Below, one piece after another: positions 1 through 11,105 of a DNA stretch of 64,000 nt (position 1 is its first letter; each line of letters begins with the position of its first letter). Position numbers and translations under genes: made by a program. Where the stretch lies: assembly GCA_900088475.1 (NCBI GenBank), contig FLMG01004655.1:5424-69423 (forward strand), read 5' to 3'. The notes below the pieces were generated by a model. That model did no database searches and was not told where the DNA came from. It was given only the letters and a program-made list of their open reading frames with translations. The stretch comes from Hyphochytrium catenoides (lineage: Eukaryota; Protista; Hyphochytriomycota).

Positions 1-125
1 CAATCGTCACTTAGCCGTCGTTTAGTCTTGATAACTATGATATGCTTGCCGGATGCTTGGATTCTCTCTGCATGGCCCTCTGTCCTTGAACTATTGCCCC
101 TTAACCTACTCTTTGTACTCACTCC

Positions 126-1499
126 ATGCTTCCCAGGTCAGTAATCGAAAGACGTTATAAAGATTTGACGTCATTTGCACGAGATCTGGAGTCCATCTTT
201 CGATGTGGCCTCCAGTACTACTCTGAGGGATCAATATTTCACCTTCACACCCTGAGGCTACAAATTCAGGCTCATACTCTTGTGAAGACGCATTTACCTG
301 GCGTCGGTCCCGATTTTGAGCTCATGATGTCTCGCCAACGAGGCAACTACTCCGATCACGCCCACTTTGATGGTAAGCTCCTTTCTCTCGCTGAAGATGG
401 CCTGGCCTAATCCGTGGTTAGTTAAAGCAGGAGGGGACATGCAAGTTGATGAACTGGATTACTACAGATCTTTGGCTCTGTCTAGGGCTTCACAGCTCGC
501 TCAAACACTGGAGGCCATAAGTTATCGAGTTCAAGCTGAGGCCACATCGCTTGATCTGGATAAGCGAAAAAGATTGATCGTACGGAGCGAAAGAAAGAGT
601 CTTAGCCATGAAGCCTTCAAGGTAGCCTCACCCCTCCTTCCTGTCATTCTCTTCAAGACTTTTCCATAACGTGGTGTTCCTTTGACAGCGACAGACCGAG
701 TCCATTAGTCATGTTGCGAAAAAGCATACAGCTGTTCTGGTGTCAGAGAAGGCAATAGTGAGGAATGAGAACAAGCCTGTGCAATACAAGGCGGCCACAG
801 GAAGTAGTGCGCATGCGCATTCTGATAGTCCCAGAGTCCATCTCAATCGGCGGCCAGAAGTTTTGAATTGCCGAAGAGCAGCGTATATGAAGGAAAGCGA
901 AGCTGCACATCTTCTAGACTTGGATAAGGTGACATCTCCTTCATGGAAGGGTCGACGCCTGAATGTCGGAACCTCCAGTATTCAGGTGAGACCTTCAGTA
1001 TTTAACCTATCTTGTGGCATCCGTAGGCTCACGGATGGTGTCCTCTTAGGGGTTGGGGTTGTTTACTCTGGAAGATATCCCTGCCAACACATGTATCATT
1101 GAGTACGAAGGTGAAAAACTTCCCTTTGATATCGCGGCGAAGCGTGAACTTCATTATCGGAAGCAGGGCCTGAATGACTACATTTTGAAGATAAAGGACA
1201 ATGCCTTCCTGGATGCAACCTATAAGGTGGCGTCAAACCTAAGTTTGGTAGCCTTGTTTATGTCAAGCTGACTGATGTCACTGTAGGGGAATATCTCGCG
1301 TTTCATCAACCACTCTTGCGCTCCCAATGCTGACGCCAAGGTAATCCGATGCCCCGACAAGATAGAAAGGATCATTTTCGTCAGCAACCAGTTCATTCCC
1401 ATGCGGACCGAGATCACTAGCAACTATAACTTCCCGAGAATGGAGAACAGTATGCTCTGCCGCTGCGGCAGCGCCAGATGCCGGCACTTTTTGAAGTGA
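126..1499 (+). CDS. SET1/trithorax-type histone lysine methyltransferase with an upstream bromodomain-like segment (multi-exon; 5' end probably upstream of the window)
   Basis: Spliced SET domain GLGLFTLEDIPANTCIIEYEGEK...LDATYK|GNISRFINHSCAPN...TEITSNYNF (intron 1227-1286), post-SET CRCGSARCR, stop TGA 1497-1499. The first exon resembles the C-terminal half of a bromodomain (RYKDLTSFARDLESIFRCGLQYY). Confidence 0.85.
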
Positions 1500-2753
1500 C
1501 TGTGCACACATATTTACGGGTCCGTGTGACCCATCCTTGAGAGGGTGATTGGCTTGGAACACTTAGATTGCAGCAGCCAGTCTCCCTATGTTAAACCCAC
1601 TAAAAATTGTATGTGTCCCTCCTAAACTCATCATCGCTTATGCACTTGCGCGCTCTTTTCACGAGTCCTTCCAGCGGCCATCAGGGTAGCCTGTTATCAA
1701 GTAGTTTCCGCGACATACATAGCTCATTTATCATGGAGCTACCGACTCCAGTGGGCCGACCGACGGTGACAATAATACTCCAAGGCAAATCGTAGAGGTT
1801 CATCCAGATCTACGAGGGCGAATCAGGATGCGCGGGCTTGTCCTAGCGTTCAATGGGCTGCGCACCTCACTTACCAGGCATGGCAGACTTCACCAACATC
1901 CATACCCGGTAAGCCACGCCCTAACGTTTCTGGCAGATGCCACTGAAGAAAGGAGCGCTTTGGAGTGGTATGTCAATCCAGGGTTTCCCTAGTAGTGCTA
2001 CTGGTAGGAAGGCGATTATAGTCCACGTTTCAGAGTCCGGTGAAAGGAAGTTGCCACGTCGGAGCTATTTATCACTATAAGCGCTAAAAACATGAGCGTG
2101 GTCTGCTCTTCTAACAAAACACGTTTCTGCTCTTACGGCCCAGAAAGCGCAAGCTGCCAGGGTCCGATGAGGTTGCCACTGCCATTCAAAGACAACGCCG
2201 GAATGTGGTGGCAGTCATAAGGGAGGTGACCCCTTCCGGCTGCCCACATACAGTTCCCCACTTTCCTGAGCGATTACCTTTGAAAGACCTTCTTTCTAAC
2301 CGATTCCGCCTCGACATGTCAACGCATTCCATAGTGGGATTCACCTCTACAGACTAAGCGGCTAAGATAGCGCAGACCTGGCTAGGAACAAAGGCTAGGA
2401 ATCACCTGTTGGGAGAGAAGAGAGATTGCTACTTGTAAGATCTTCTCTTCATCTACCTTCCAGCCTCTGGGGTAGCTCTGAACCGCTTACAAAATGGGAA
2501 ATATTGGAAAATCAGCGGACATGCGGGCAGACGCATCATGCAGATTGTTGCAGATGCTTTGCTCGCCAACGACAAGACCTTCATGAGAGACTATGTTCAG
2601 TGCGTCTACCTCGTGGCAATCCTCAGATTAGAGCTCTCCTACTTTGCAGGCGTGACGCTATGCTTGGAAGGTCGATATAGGAAGCCAAGCTTCCGTGCAG
2701 TCTCCGGGAGAGGTTACGGGAATGAAGGAAACACCTCCTTTACCTATTAGGAC

Positions 2754-3518
2754 TATGTACCCTTCGCCCCTACCGAAGTCTGTTATGCCAGTGCGCTCAA
2801 TCTCTGAGGACCAGACTACCTTGCGAAACACCATTCGAGGATTGCAAAGCTATGTAGAGTCCGTCTTGAAGGTGATTGTGCTACCAAGGCAGCGGCTGCA
2901 AGGAACCTGGGATTTGATGGGGATCCTTTTTCTAACACAACGTGTTACAGGTGCGGTTATCTGAGGCTCTGGAGAACCGCGACGCAATCGCTAAGGAGCT
3001 GGACGAATATGAGGTCGTCGGAGCGTATTTGACAGAGGCAAAGAGAAGTCATAGGCACTCACAGCAGCAACAACCAAAATTGTCGTCAGACGAGGGGCTC
3101 TTAAGCCCGTACCCACAACGAAATGAGGGCTCACTTCAATCTTTAATAGACCTCGGAGAAGGCTTCTATGTCACAGCTATGGTATGGAAGGGACATCGGA
3201 TCTAATTGAAGCTGCTAGAAGGTATCTAACCGCTGACCTAACTGGCTTAAGGTGGAAGAACCGCTGACGCTGACCGTAAGCATCGGGCTGGGTATATCAA
3301 TTCAGTTAAATGCGGACGAAGCCGCGAAGTACTTGGAGAAGAAGACTGCTTTACTCCAAAGGTAGATATCACTTCTACTTTGGTAACATCCTGAGGATAG
3401 AGCTAACCTTTTCGCTAGAACTCTTGAGAATCGTCAAAAGGTTTGTGAGGGCATCGCGAAGGATATCAGGGACACAGTGAGACTTATCAACGAAGCTACG
3501 AACGAGCTGCAGGTATAG
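2754..3518 (+). CDS. Prefoldin alpha-type subunit, UXT-like (multi-exon)
   Basis: Spliced product: coiled coil (YVESVLK|VRLSEALENRDAIAKELDEY), then LIDLGEGFYVTAM|VEEPLTLTVSIGLGISIQLNADEAAKYLEKK, the prefoldin-alpha beta-hairpin signature, then a C-terminal coiled coil. Stop TAG 3516-3518. Start uncertain. Confidence 0.75.
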
Positions 3519-3581
3519 TAGGTACAATTCTGGTATGTAGATTCCGTGATCTTGACAAGCACTCTGCAGGTTTGAACAACT

Positions 3582-4870
3582 TTATCCGGCAACAAAATAC
3601 TCTGGGACGCTTGTCCTTCCATTATAGCCGTCGCCCCAACAGACAAGTTCGCCGTCCTCAGTGACCCCACAGGCATGGTAGTTTCCTACACTGATCTGTG
3701 TGAAGGCATGGTCTGTAGGAACTCGATGTAGGATACCGCTTCGGGACCCCCAGCATACAACCTTCTTTTCTTCAAGCTATGTAGACAACGCACAAGTCAG
3801 TGCCACCGAAGCGTGTCGTCAAGTGTGACTTGCTTCATACCGAAATACCGCATGAAGTGTCATGCCCTGTGCTAATCTGGGAGAACTTTATACGGGGTGG
3901 TCGTCGCTTATTCTCCACCTGTTTGCCCCAGCAGTGCGCGTACCCTTCGAAGTCTAATGCGCAAGCATGTCTATCATACGAAGTGGTCACTTGAGTAAAC
4001 TGCTTGTCAGTTGGAGCCAAGGATTGTCCCTGTTGGCAGGTATGAGATGCGGATAAGTCCACGCCGCCGCACAGATGTGCGTGCACCTTTCCCACCTTCT
4101 TGTTGCCTCCCCAGCACACGACAGCTCCATCAAGGCGCAAAGCACAGCTATTGTCCTATAGGAAGACTAGATTAGTTTACTTTATAACATGAGGTAATGG
4201 GACTCTAATGCTGCTAACCTGGCCGCTGGAAACCTGGATGTATTCTCCCGGTGGCGCTTGTGTTTGTCCATCGTAATTTCTACCTGTTGACGTACATAGC
4301 ATCAGAGACGTATAACCACAACTCAAGGGAGAGAGCTTTGCTTACCCCAACAATGAATGGAATGGTCTTTCTTTATACCGCAAGCGTGATATGTTCCAAC
4401 GCTTACTTGCAGAAAAAGCCCGGTTGGGCTCCGAGCGACATCCTCGTGCCCCCAACATGTCACAGTCTCATCAATAGCAACGCCACAGCTGTGCAGCATA
4501 CCTGCGGAAATCTGCACGAAATCTCCCTGCAAGAAGTGGCATGCAGCTTAACTATACAGCATCTAGTGACAGATACCTAAGGCTATTTGCTTACTGTTAT
4601 CTTTTCATGTACTAGTTGGCCAGTTGAGTTCATGCCCCAGCACCGAACTTTGCCGCCAATTGGCGTCGCTGGGCTGGCTTCAATGGCACATGTATGACCA
4701 TACCCACAAGAGACTGAAATCTCATCAACATCACCCTGAAAGCCAGCAGGCGGAATCGACTCAAACTCTATTTCAGTAACGTCTGGGAAGAAGCCGCTGC
4801 CTCCAAAAGCAATTGCATAGAACTGTGCCTGAACCAAGAAGCCTATGGCAACTGCCTTTAGTGCAGCCAT
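3582..4870 (-). CDS. RCC1/BLIP-II-like beta-propeller repeat protein with N-terminal signal peptide (multi-exon)
   Basis: Repeated QISAGxxHSCG...VxCWG units (SCGYGHTCAI..RCWG, QISAGMLHSCGV..TCWG, QVSVGTYHACGI..HCWG, QVTTSYDRHACAL..HCWG, QISVGNYHACGV..VCWG). Hydrophobic start MAALKAVAIGFLVQAQFYAIAFG. Stop at 3582-3584. Confidence 0.8.
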
Positions 4871-5760
4871 AGCGAGGCAGCGCCAATGGAAGAAAGGCAC
4901 CAAAGTGGCGCCGAAAGATGATAGGGTACAGTTCTCAAGCTCAATCAAGATTCCTGATTGCCTAGAGGTCGTAGATGCAAGCTTGTCCGACGTGAGTCAT
5001 AGCTTGTAACGCGAGCAAGCTGATGAGCAGCATCAGCACGCTGAGCTGATGACTGATGAGCGTCGTTTCTTCTTTGACCCTTCGTTTGGGGAGCGTTCAG
5101 AGCCCATGGTGGCGTTAGGAAGTGACGGATGTCGTTTTGATCATGTCTGAAACATTCCATAGAGAGCAATCGATTGAAGCTTTCATATGGATAAACTCTA
5201 TAGCCTTCCTCAGAGCAATTTTGATACTTCCGTTGAGGAAGTTAACTGAAAGCTTGATCTCTTCGACAAGTTGAAGGAGGTGCTGTTCTACAAGTACCAA
5301 GTCTTCATCAAGGGATCTTGGTAGGAGAAATGTTATGGTGAACGATGGCCCGATTGACTCTCACGCTGGGCCTCGTAGAGCTCAGAGCCTACCGCATGGG
5401 ACCAATGCTTGTACAAATGTTCTTGGCCGTCAATGCCAACAAGGACGATCTACATGTGGCGGAACAAGGACGATCTTTATTTGAGGTACAAGAAACTGCT
5501 TGAGGGTAGAGAGACATCAAGAGACTTCCATTATGAACTACAAGCAGCTTCTCTCCATGGAAGCGTAAGATGCCACATGACGGCCTCCAAGAGATCTCCT
5601 TTCGGCTTCGAATGTTACATCGACCCCACTGACGCCAGCTGCCTGCCATTGCTTAAGCATGGGTAATGAGCTAGTAGATGATCTGCCCAAGATGAGGGTG
5701 TTTGAAGAAAATTGAAACAATGACTCTTCAGAGAGTCACAGACGTCCGCAGATGCAGCCC

Positions 5761-7439
5761 TTACGCCAAGTGAGGCACAAGGGGGTACAACACTGACAGT
5801 AGAGCCACCGTCAGAAGAGCAAAGAATATAACCGTGGAGAAGTTATCCAGAACCGTCCGCAAAAAACCTAAAGCAGCTATAAACGGGAGAGTCACATGAA
5901 TTAGCGACGTCTATACACTGCCGGGTCTGAGGTGAACCTACCAAGACCTTTCCCTAGCGCAGATTGGTTCCCAATCAGACTGGAAGAAAAGGAATCGTCC
6001 TGCTTCGAGGCATGTTAGCTCCAGAAAGGTACGGTCACGAAGATAGTGGTCACCTTGTGGTATCTTCCGCTCCATGCGCCGAACAATAGGTGCACGAGGA
6101 GACTGACCAGGGCCACGAGCAATATCAATGGGGGTGCGGCGATAAATAGATCCACCAAAGTGCCCTCAGAATCCACATTGTAGACGGGTTTCCCTAGCTG
6201 ATTGAAGACTCAGAAGATGTATCTAAAAGAAGATTGCCACGAGAGACAATCTTACCGTCTTGGCAGTATAGACCACATCTAAAAGTTGAACATCGAGCTG
6301 CATGTCGGAAGAATATCAGGCAGTGGCTGAGCATTCCTAACTCTGTTTTAGGTTACCCTTTCTCGTTGTGCCTTCGTCCGGATCGCTTCCATCGGGATCC
6401 CTTGATCCATCATTCTAAAGTAAGTCTCATAAGCAGGGTCGTTTAGTAAGCCTAGAGTATAACGTGAGACCCTGAGTCACCAGAACGAAACAGCACCAAC
6501 TAATCACCTTCAAGCTGCTGCCTGCCACGGAAGAGTAAGGTTCCTAGACAACTTTGTCAGCGGCGAAAAGTACAGTTGGACGTCGTCCACGAACTTGTGG
6601 GATGATGAGTACCTATGGATATGCCCAGAGCTATAAGCAGCAGTGTAAGCACTTGTCCTCGAAGGTAGTTTAGCCTTTTCAAAGCGACTTGTGCAGATAG
6701 TCGCGACGGAGCAACCGCCGCTGGGTGGCCTGAGGGTAGGACTTTTAGCTTCTGATTATTTTAGGTGGCTGTCGTTATGTCCTTGGATAATGTATATCTC
6801 ACCTCTGCTTTGCGCAAGAGTTTCTGCATCCTTACTGAACTTGGTTTGACCTTTAGAGGTGGTATCCGGAGAGACAGTTAGTATGAACTGCAAGCAAGTA
6901 TCTTGCATTCTACGAGACCTTTCGAACTCTCGATAGAAGCTTGTGGCTGCTCCGGTGACTCTTGACCTCCATTATGCCGGTTCTTTCGTCTGATAGCTGC
7001 TTCCCTTCTTCGATTGACTGGGTCGTACTGTGCCGTTCTGTCCCCTGTCCCATGCTAAGCAACATGCATTAGTCCTTTTAGCATTCGGTTGACATCTCTT
7101 GTGATCTACTAGCTCCTTACACTTTCAGTAGCCTTCGATATGGCTTCCTCGCGACGAGGTACTTCTGCCGGGCCAGAACCTGGCTGTTCAGAGGAGGTCA
7201 TAGTCGCTTCTAACTCTGTAATGCTGTTATAAGTTGGGCGAACGCTGGAGAAAGAATCAAACGGCCTCCTTACGTTTCATGGAGCTTCTAGCAGCAGATC
7301 TATAGATAGCTTCAGACGGTGGTGATGAGGGTGCTTCTCCTAGCACCTTTTGCATTCTAGTCTCACTTTGCTCCAATATGCGCTTTCGCCTTGCTGCGGC
7401 ACGCCTTGCGGCATCTGACATCTGCTCGTCGCCTGGCAT
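5761..7439 (-). CDS. GET2/CAML-like tail-anchored-protein insertase subunit (multi-exon)
   Basis: Basic N-terminal helix AARRAAARRKRILEQSETRMQKVLG matches the CAML/GET2 N-terminal motif. It is followed by a low-complexity linker and three TM segments (QVLTLLLIALGISIG; LFIAAPPLILLVALVSLLVHLLFG; RTVLDNFSTVIFFALLTVALLSVLY). Stop at 5761-5763. Confidence 0.65.
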
Positions 7440-8056
7440 ATTCTAAAGCCTTTGAAAGACAGGTGATCTCTGCAAGCTCAAAGAGGTTAGTCGTCTGCAG
7501 TGTATCTCTCCTGACACTTTACTTGGATCTTCTATCAGAATGACAAGCCGCGGGAGTTCATCCTCCCACTGCAGCTGCCGACACCGTCGAGATCCTCTGC
7601 TTCTCTTGACAAGAAGTGGGAAAAGGAGGAAAAGATGTTATCACAGACCGAGACCAAGTCACAGAAGAAGCCAGAAGCAGGGAACCGAAAATAAAGAGAT
7701 AGTTCTATCATTCTCAAGTTCCCGGGGTGATCGATCACAAATCACAGATGGGGTAGGGATTTAGTTATCACATACTTCTACAGATATCTGGATGACGAGA
7801 TGAAGAGTAAAGCGTGAAGAGGTTTTGTATAGTTCTAGGCCTTCTACGTAACAACCGCCGCCTTCTGAATAATGAGCAAACAGGAGCGAGGCTTGGATCT
7901 GGGAGGAGCTGGCTGAGCTCTTGGCTGGCTCTGTGGATAGAGATTGCAGTGGAGGTCTGGGTCTGGATATTGATTCCATGAGTGGCAGGCACAGCCAGAT
8001 CGAGCCACAGCCACAACGCAACAGAGGAGTCGCTCTTGGAAGGAAGCACTTGTAGG

Positions 8057-9488
8057 ATGACTCGATTGTATTATGTCGGCATTGACCTTGGAGGAACCAA
8101 CGCCAAGGCTGGAGTGGTATCTGACGATGGAAAGCTACTCGCTAAAAAGGAAAAAGTCTTAACTAACCTGGAACCGGAAGAGGTGGTTGTCGACCTTGTT
8201 AGCTGCGCTACGGACGCGCTGGCAGAGGTAGATTCTTAGTTCCCATCGTGCCGATAGTGCTTCTCACGCCAGCCACCTAAACCGTAGGCGGGTACAGACT
8301 GGAGCCAGGTTGAACGAATTGGCGTGGGATCACCGGGGGCCATCGAAGACGGGAAAGTAATCTCGGCAGCTAACTTTCCTACATGGAGAGATGTACCCTT
8401 AGCAGCGCTAATTTCTGACAAAGCTAAGAAAGTGACGGTAAGGGTTGTCCCGGTCAGGCATCTTAGTGCGGACGTACTAACGCGTCGAACTTTTGGGTAC
8501 ATTCTTAGACAGTCCTCACCAACGACGCCACAGCTGCAGCAGCGGGGGAACAGTGGATAACTGGAGCTTCCAACCTGGTGATTATAAGTAAAAAAGTCAT
8601 CTCATCGACCTGAGGCAGGGTGCAATATGCAGTTGAGCTGATTAGCGGTGTAAGCTTTAGGCACCGGCGTCGGCTGTGGAGTTATTGTAGACGGCAAACC
8701 AGTCCATGGCGCATCTGATCTCATTGAGGCTGGCCACATGGTGAACATATATCGAGGCTATGGCATGGAAAAAGACTTATTGAGACCACCTAGATTGTTC
8801 AACCCAGGGGAGAGGTCTGTGGCTGTAGTCAACGAGGCTGTCTGGAGGCCTATGCATCAGCGCGCAGCATCGCAAAGAGAGCGGCCAGAATTGCTACAAA
8901 TGAAGGTATGGAGGGCACCTCGGGTCAGGTAGCAAGCACTGATTTTGGCCCGACGCAGGCATACGCAGCACACTAGCAGGCCGCAAGAATCTCAGCAGTA
9001 AAGACGTGTTCGAAGCAGCAGAGGCTGGAGATGTTGCTGCACGAGCAGTAATAGAAGAGGTGTGTCATCTAACAGTTAGGGCCAGAAACAAGTGGATGGC
9101 GAACTAACTACTGGTGTCCCCGTAGGCTTTCGATTATTTGGGAATAGCTTGCGTTAACATCTGCCGGCTCATTGATCCTGAGGTACTGTGCAGCAAACTT
9201 CACAGGTGTCATTTCGCCATAACTCACCATGACACTTGCAGAGAATCGTTCTTGCCGGCGGGGTAAGCAAGGCGGGGCAGTTCTTGGTAGACGGAGTACG
9301 AAGTGCCTTTCATACCCACACTTGGACGAAGCTTCCAAATAAGGTGATAACCCACTATACCGACCTTTGACTGGGGTCTTACGCTCTCCATAAAGGTAAC
9401 AATTACCACATCTGTTCTTGGTGAGGATGCGGGAATTGTAGGCGCAGCAGCAGTAGCCAGACACTCCATGGAAGCAGCCAGAACCTAA
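8057..9488 (+). CDS. ROK-family sugar kinase (glucokinase / N-acetylhexosamine kinase-like), multi-exon
   Basis: ATP-binding YVGIDLGGTNAK, IGVGSPG, NDATAAAAGE, LGTGVGCG, EAGHM, zinc motif CGCSQRGCLEAYAS, C-terminal LGEDAGIVGAA. Stop TAA 9486-9488. Confidence 0.9.
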
Positions 9489-9497
9489 CCTGGCCAA

Positions 9498-10605
9498 TCA
9501 GGCTAGATGGGCTTCGATGTTCTCTTTGTTTTTGATGACTAGATAGCGGCTAACTGGAGGGAGCGCCTGTAGCTTAATGCTATCCAGAACCCAATCTGGT
9601 GATAGTTGCTTTAGTCATCAACATTAGCCCTTGGACCAGCATTGTCTTTATTGGTTATACCTGGGTGAATGACCTTTACCGAGCGGTGCTTCTGCCAATG
9701 ACTGACATGTTAGGCTACTGCTACAGTAATGGTTGTGCCAAGAGCTAAGGGCACCTACCTTCATAATATCCTGAGTTTTACTGCCGCAGAGGTTGATGGC
9801 GATTATATGGGTTGTACTAGATAGTGAGTACAAAGGACTATGGAGTTCCCTTCAGTTTCCTCACGTATGGCGTCGTTTTAGGGAATCGCACCTGACAAAC
9901 CCTCCGTTCAACTGGATAAGCTTGGATAGATGGAACCTGCACTGGACGATGTTAGCTGTCTACAAATGCACACTGAAGCGCGAGCAGAGCGCTGGGACTT
10001 ACGCTGAAATAGAGTCCGTTCGTCCATTGATATAGAATGAGCATCCCTGGCATGTGAGGGCCTTAGGTCAGACGGACCAGTCCGAACCAACATTTCACTT
10101 TCGAGGTACTACCATCGTCATACCTTGAAGAGCCCAGTGTTAGCCGCGAGTGCTTGCTTACTTACTGAACAGGTAGAATCTGTTAGGCGACACGTGGTTG
10201 AATTGTCAATGGCCTTCAGCCTTACATTTTGCAAGCCTTTGTGCCCAATAGCCTCTTTCAGACAGTACGCCCTCAACAGCGTCAGTGTTTGCTTCAACGA
10301 TTCGCTTTCGATCTAGATTAAATAGATATTGCTGCCTCTAAAGTGAGGATGTTTGTCCGGTGTTTGTTCACGTCATGGGCCATGCTCTACCTTCGTTTCC
10401 ACCTTTGCCTTCTTTGATTCCTTGCATGTTACCTCTGAGGACTTTTTCAGGTCGAAAAATGAAGTTATAGCTTGCTGCTTTCCTTGATCGTTGCTTGTGG
10501 CCAGAGGCCGCTTGCGCTTTGATAGTCTGGGAGGAAGAATGCACAGACACTCAGCAAGCCGCCCACAAGCCGGCGAAGTGCATAGTCCTGCTCGTACCCG
10601 CTCAT
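9498..10605 (-). CDS. Small protein with PCNA-interacting PIP box and a single REV1-type BRCT domain (multi-exon)
   Basis: Spliced N-terminus MSG|LSKRKRP...KQQAITSFF. BRCT assembled from short exons: GCSFYINGRTDSISA|FHLSKLIQLNGGFV|SPLYSLSSTTHIIAINL..K|KHRSVKVIHP|DWVLDSIKLQALPPVSRY. Stop at 9498-9500. Middle exons not fully resolved. Confidence 0.7.
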
Positions 10606-11105
10606 TATTGCCGCGTTTTTCTTGTTTGTGGTCTCGATATGGACGATGCAATGGCAGCCGATGATGACGGGGTAACAGTAGCCTATCGTAGACTCGTGGT
10701 TGAAGAGATATAGAGGCATTCCAGGCCCACGTAACCAATCTCTTCTGCTGCTTTGGGACTTACCAGCACCGGTACTAATTCCTCAGGTCCGCGTCGCTTT
10801 GTCTGCAATCTGCAGGCACCAAGAACTAGTTCTATTGAGGATGAGCTGAGACCAGAGGACCTGACATCCCAACCGGCATCTTCATCGTTTGGCTTCGTTA
10901 CAGAACTAAACAGAAGCAAGCAGGGGAAAGCAGGGACTGTTTGCTTTTTGTTTTTATCATTTCATCAATCATTGCCGTTAGCAGCTAACCCACGGAAGAG
11001 TTCATGATGAATTTCTTCCTCTTCGTGCAGACACTAAAGATTCTAGCGTTATTTATGCTTGATAGCTGAACAGCAGCCAACTGATTGATGTTGAGTACGG
11101 CTTCT

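Noticed and set aside
1600-2750. Possible small spliced gene (splice-like signals on the minus strand, short ORFs on both strands)
   Set aside because: I could not assemble a consistent reading frame or recognise any domain.
4950-5750. Possible plus-strand gene between the RCC1-repeat and GET2-like genes, including a frame with an internal TGA
   Set aside because: No coherent exon chain or homology. All confident genes use standard stops, so recoding is unsupported.
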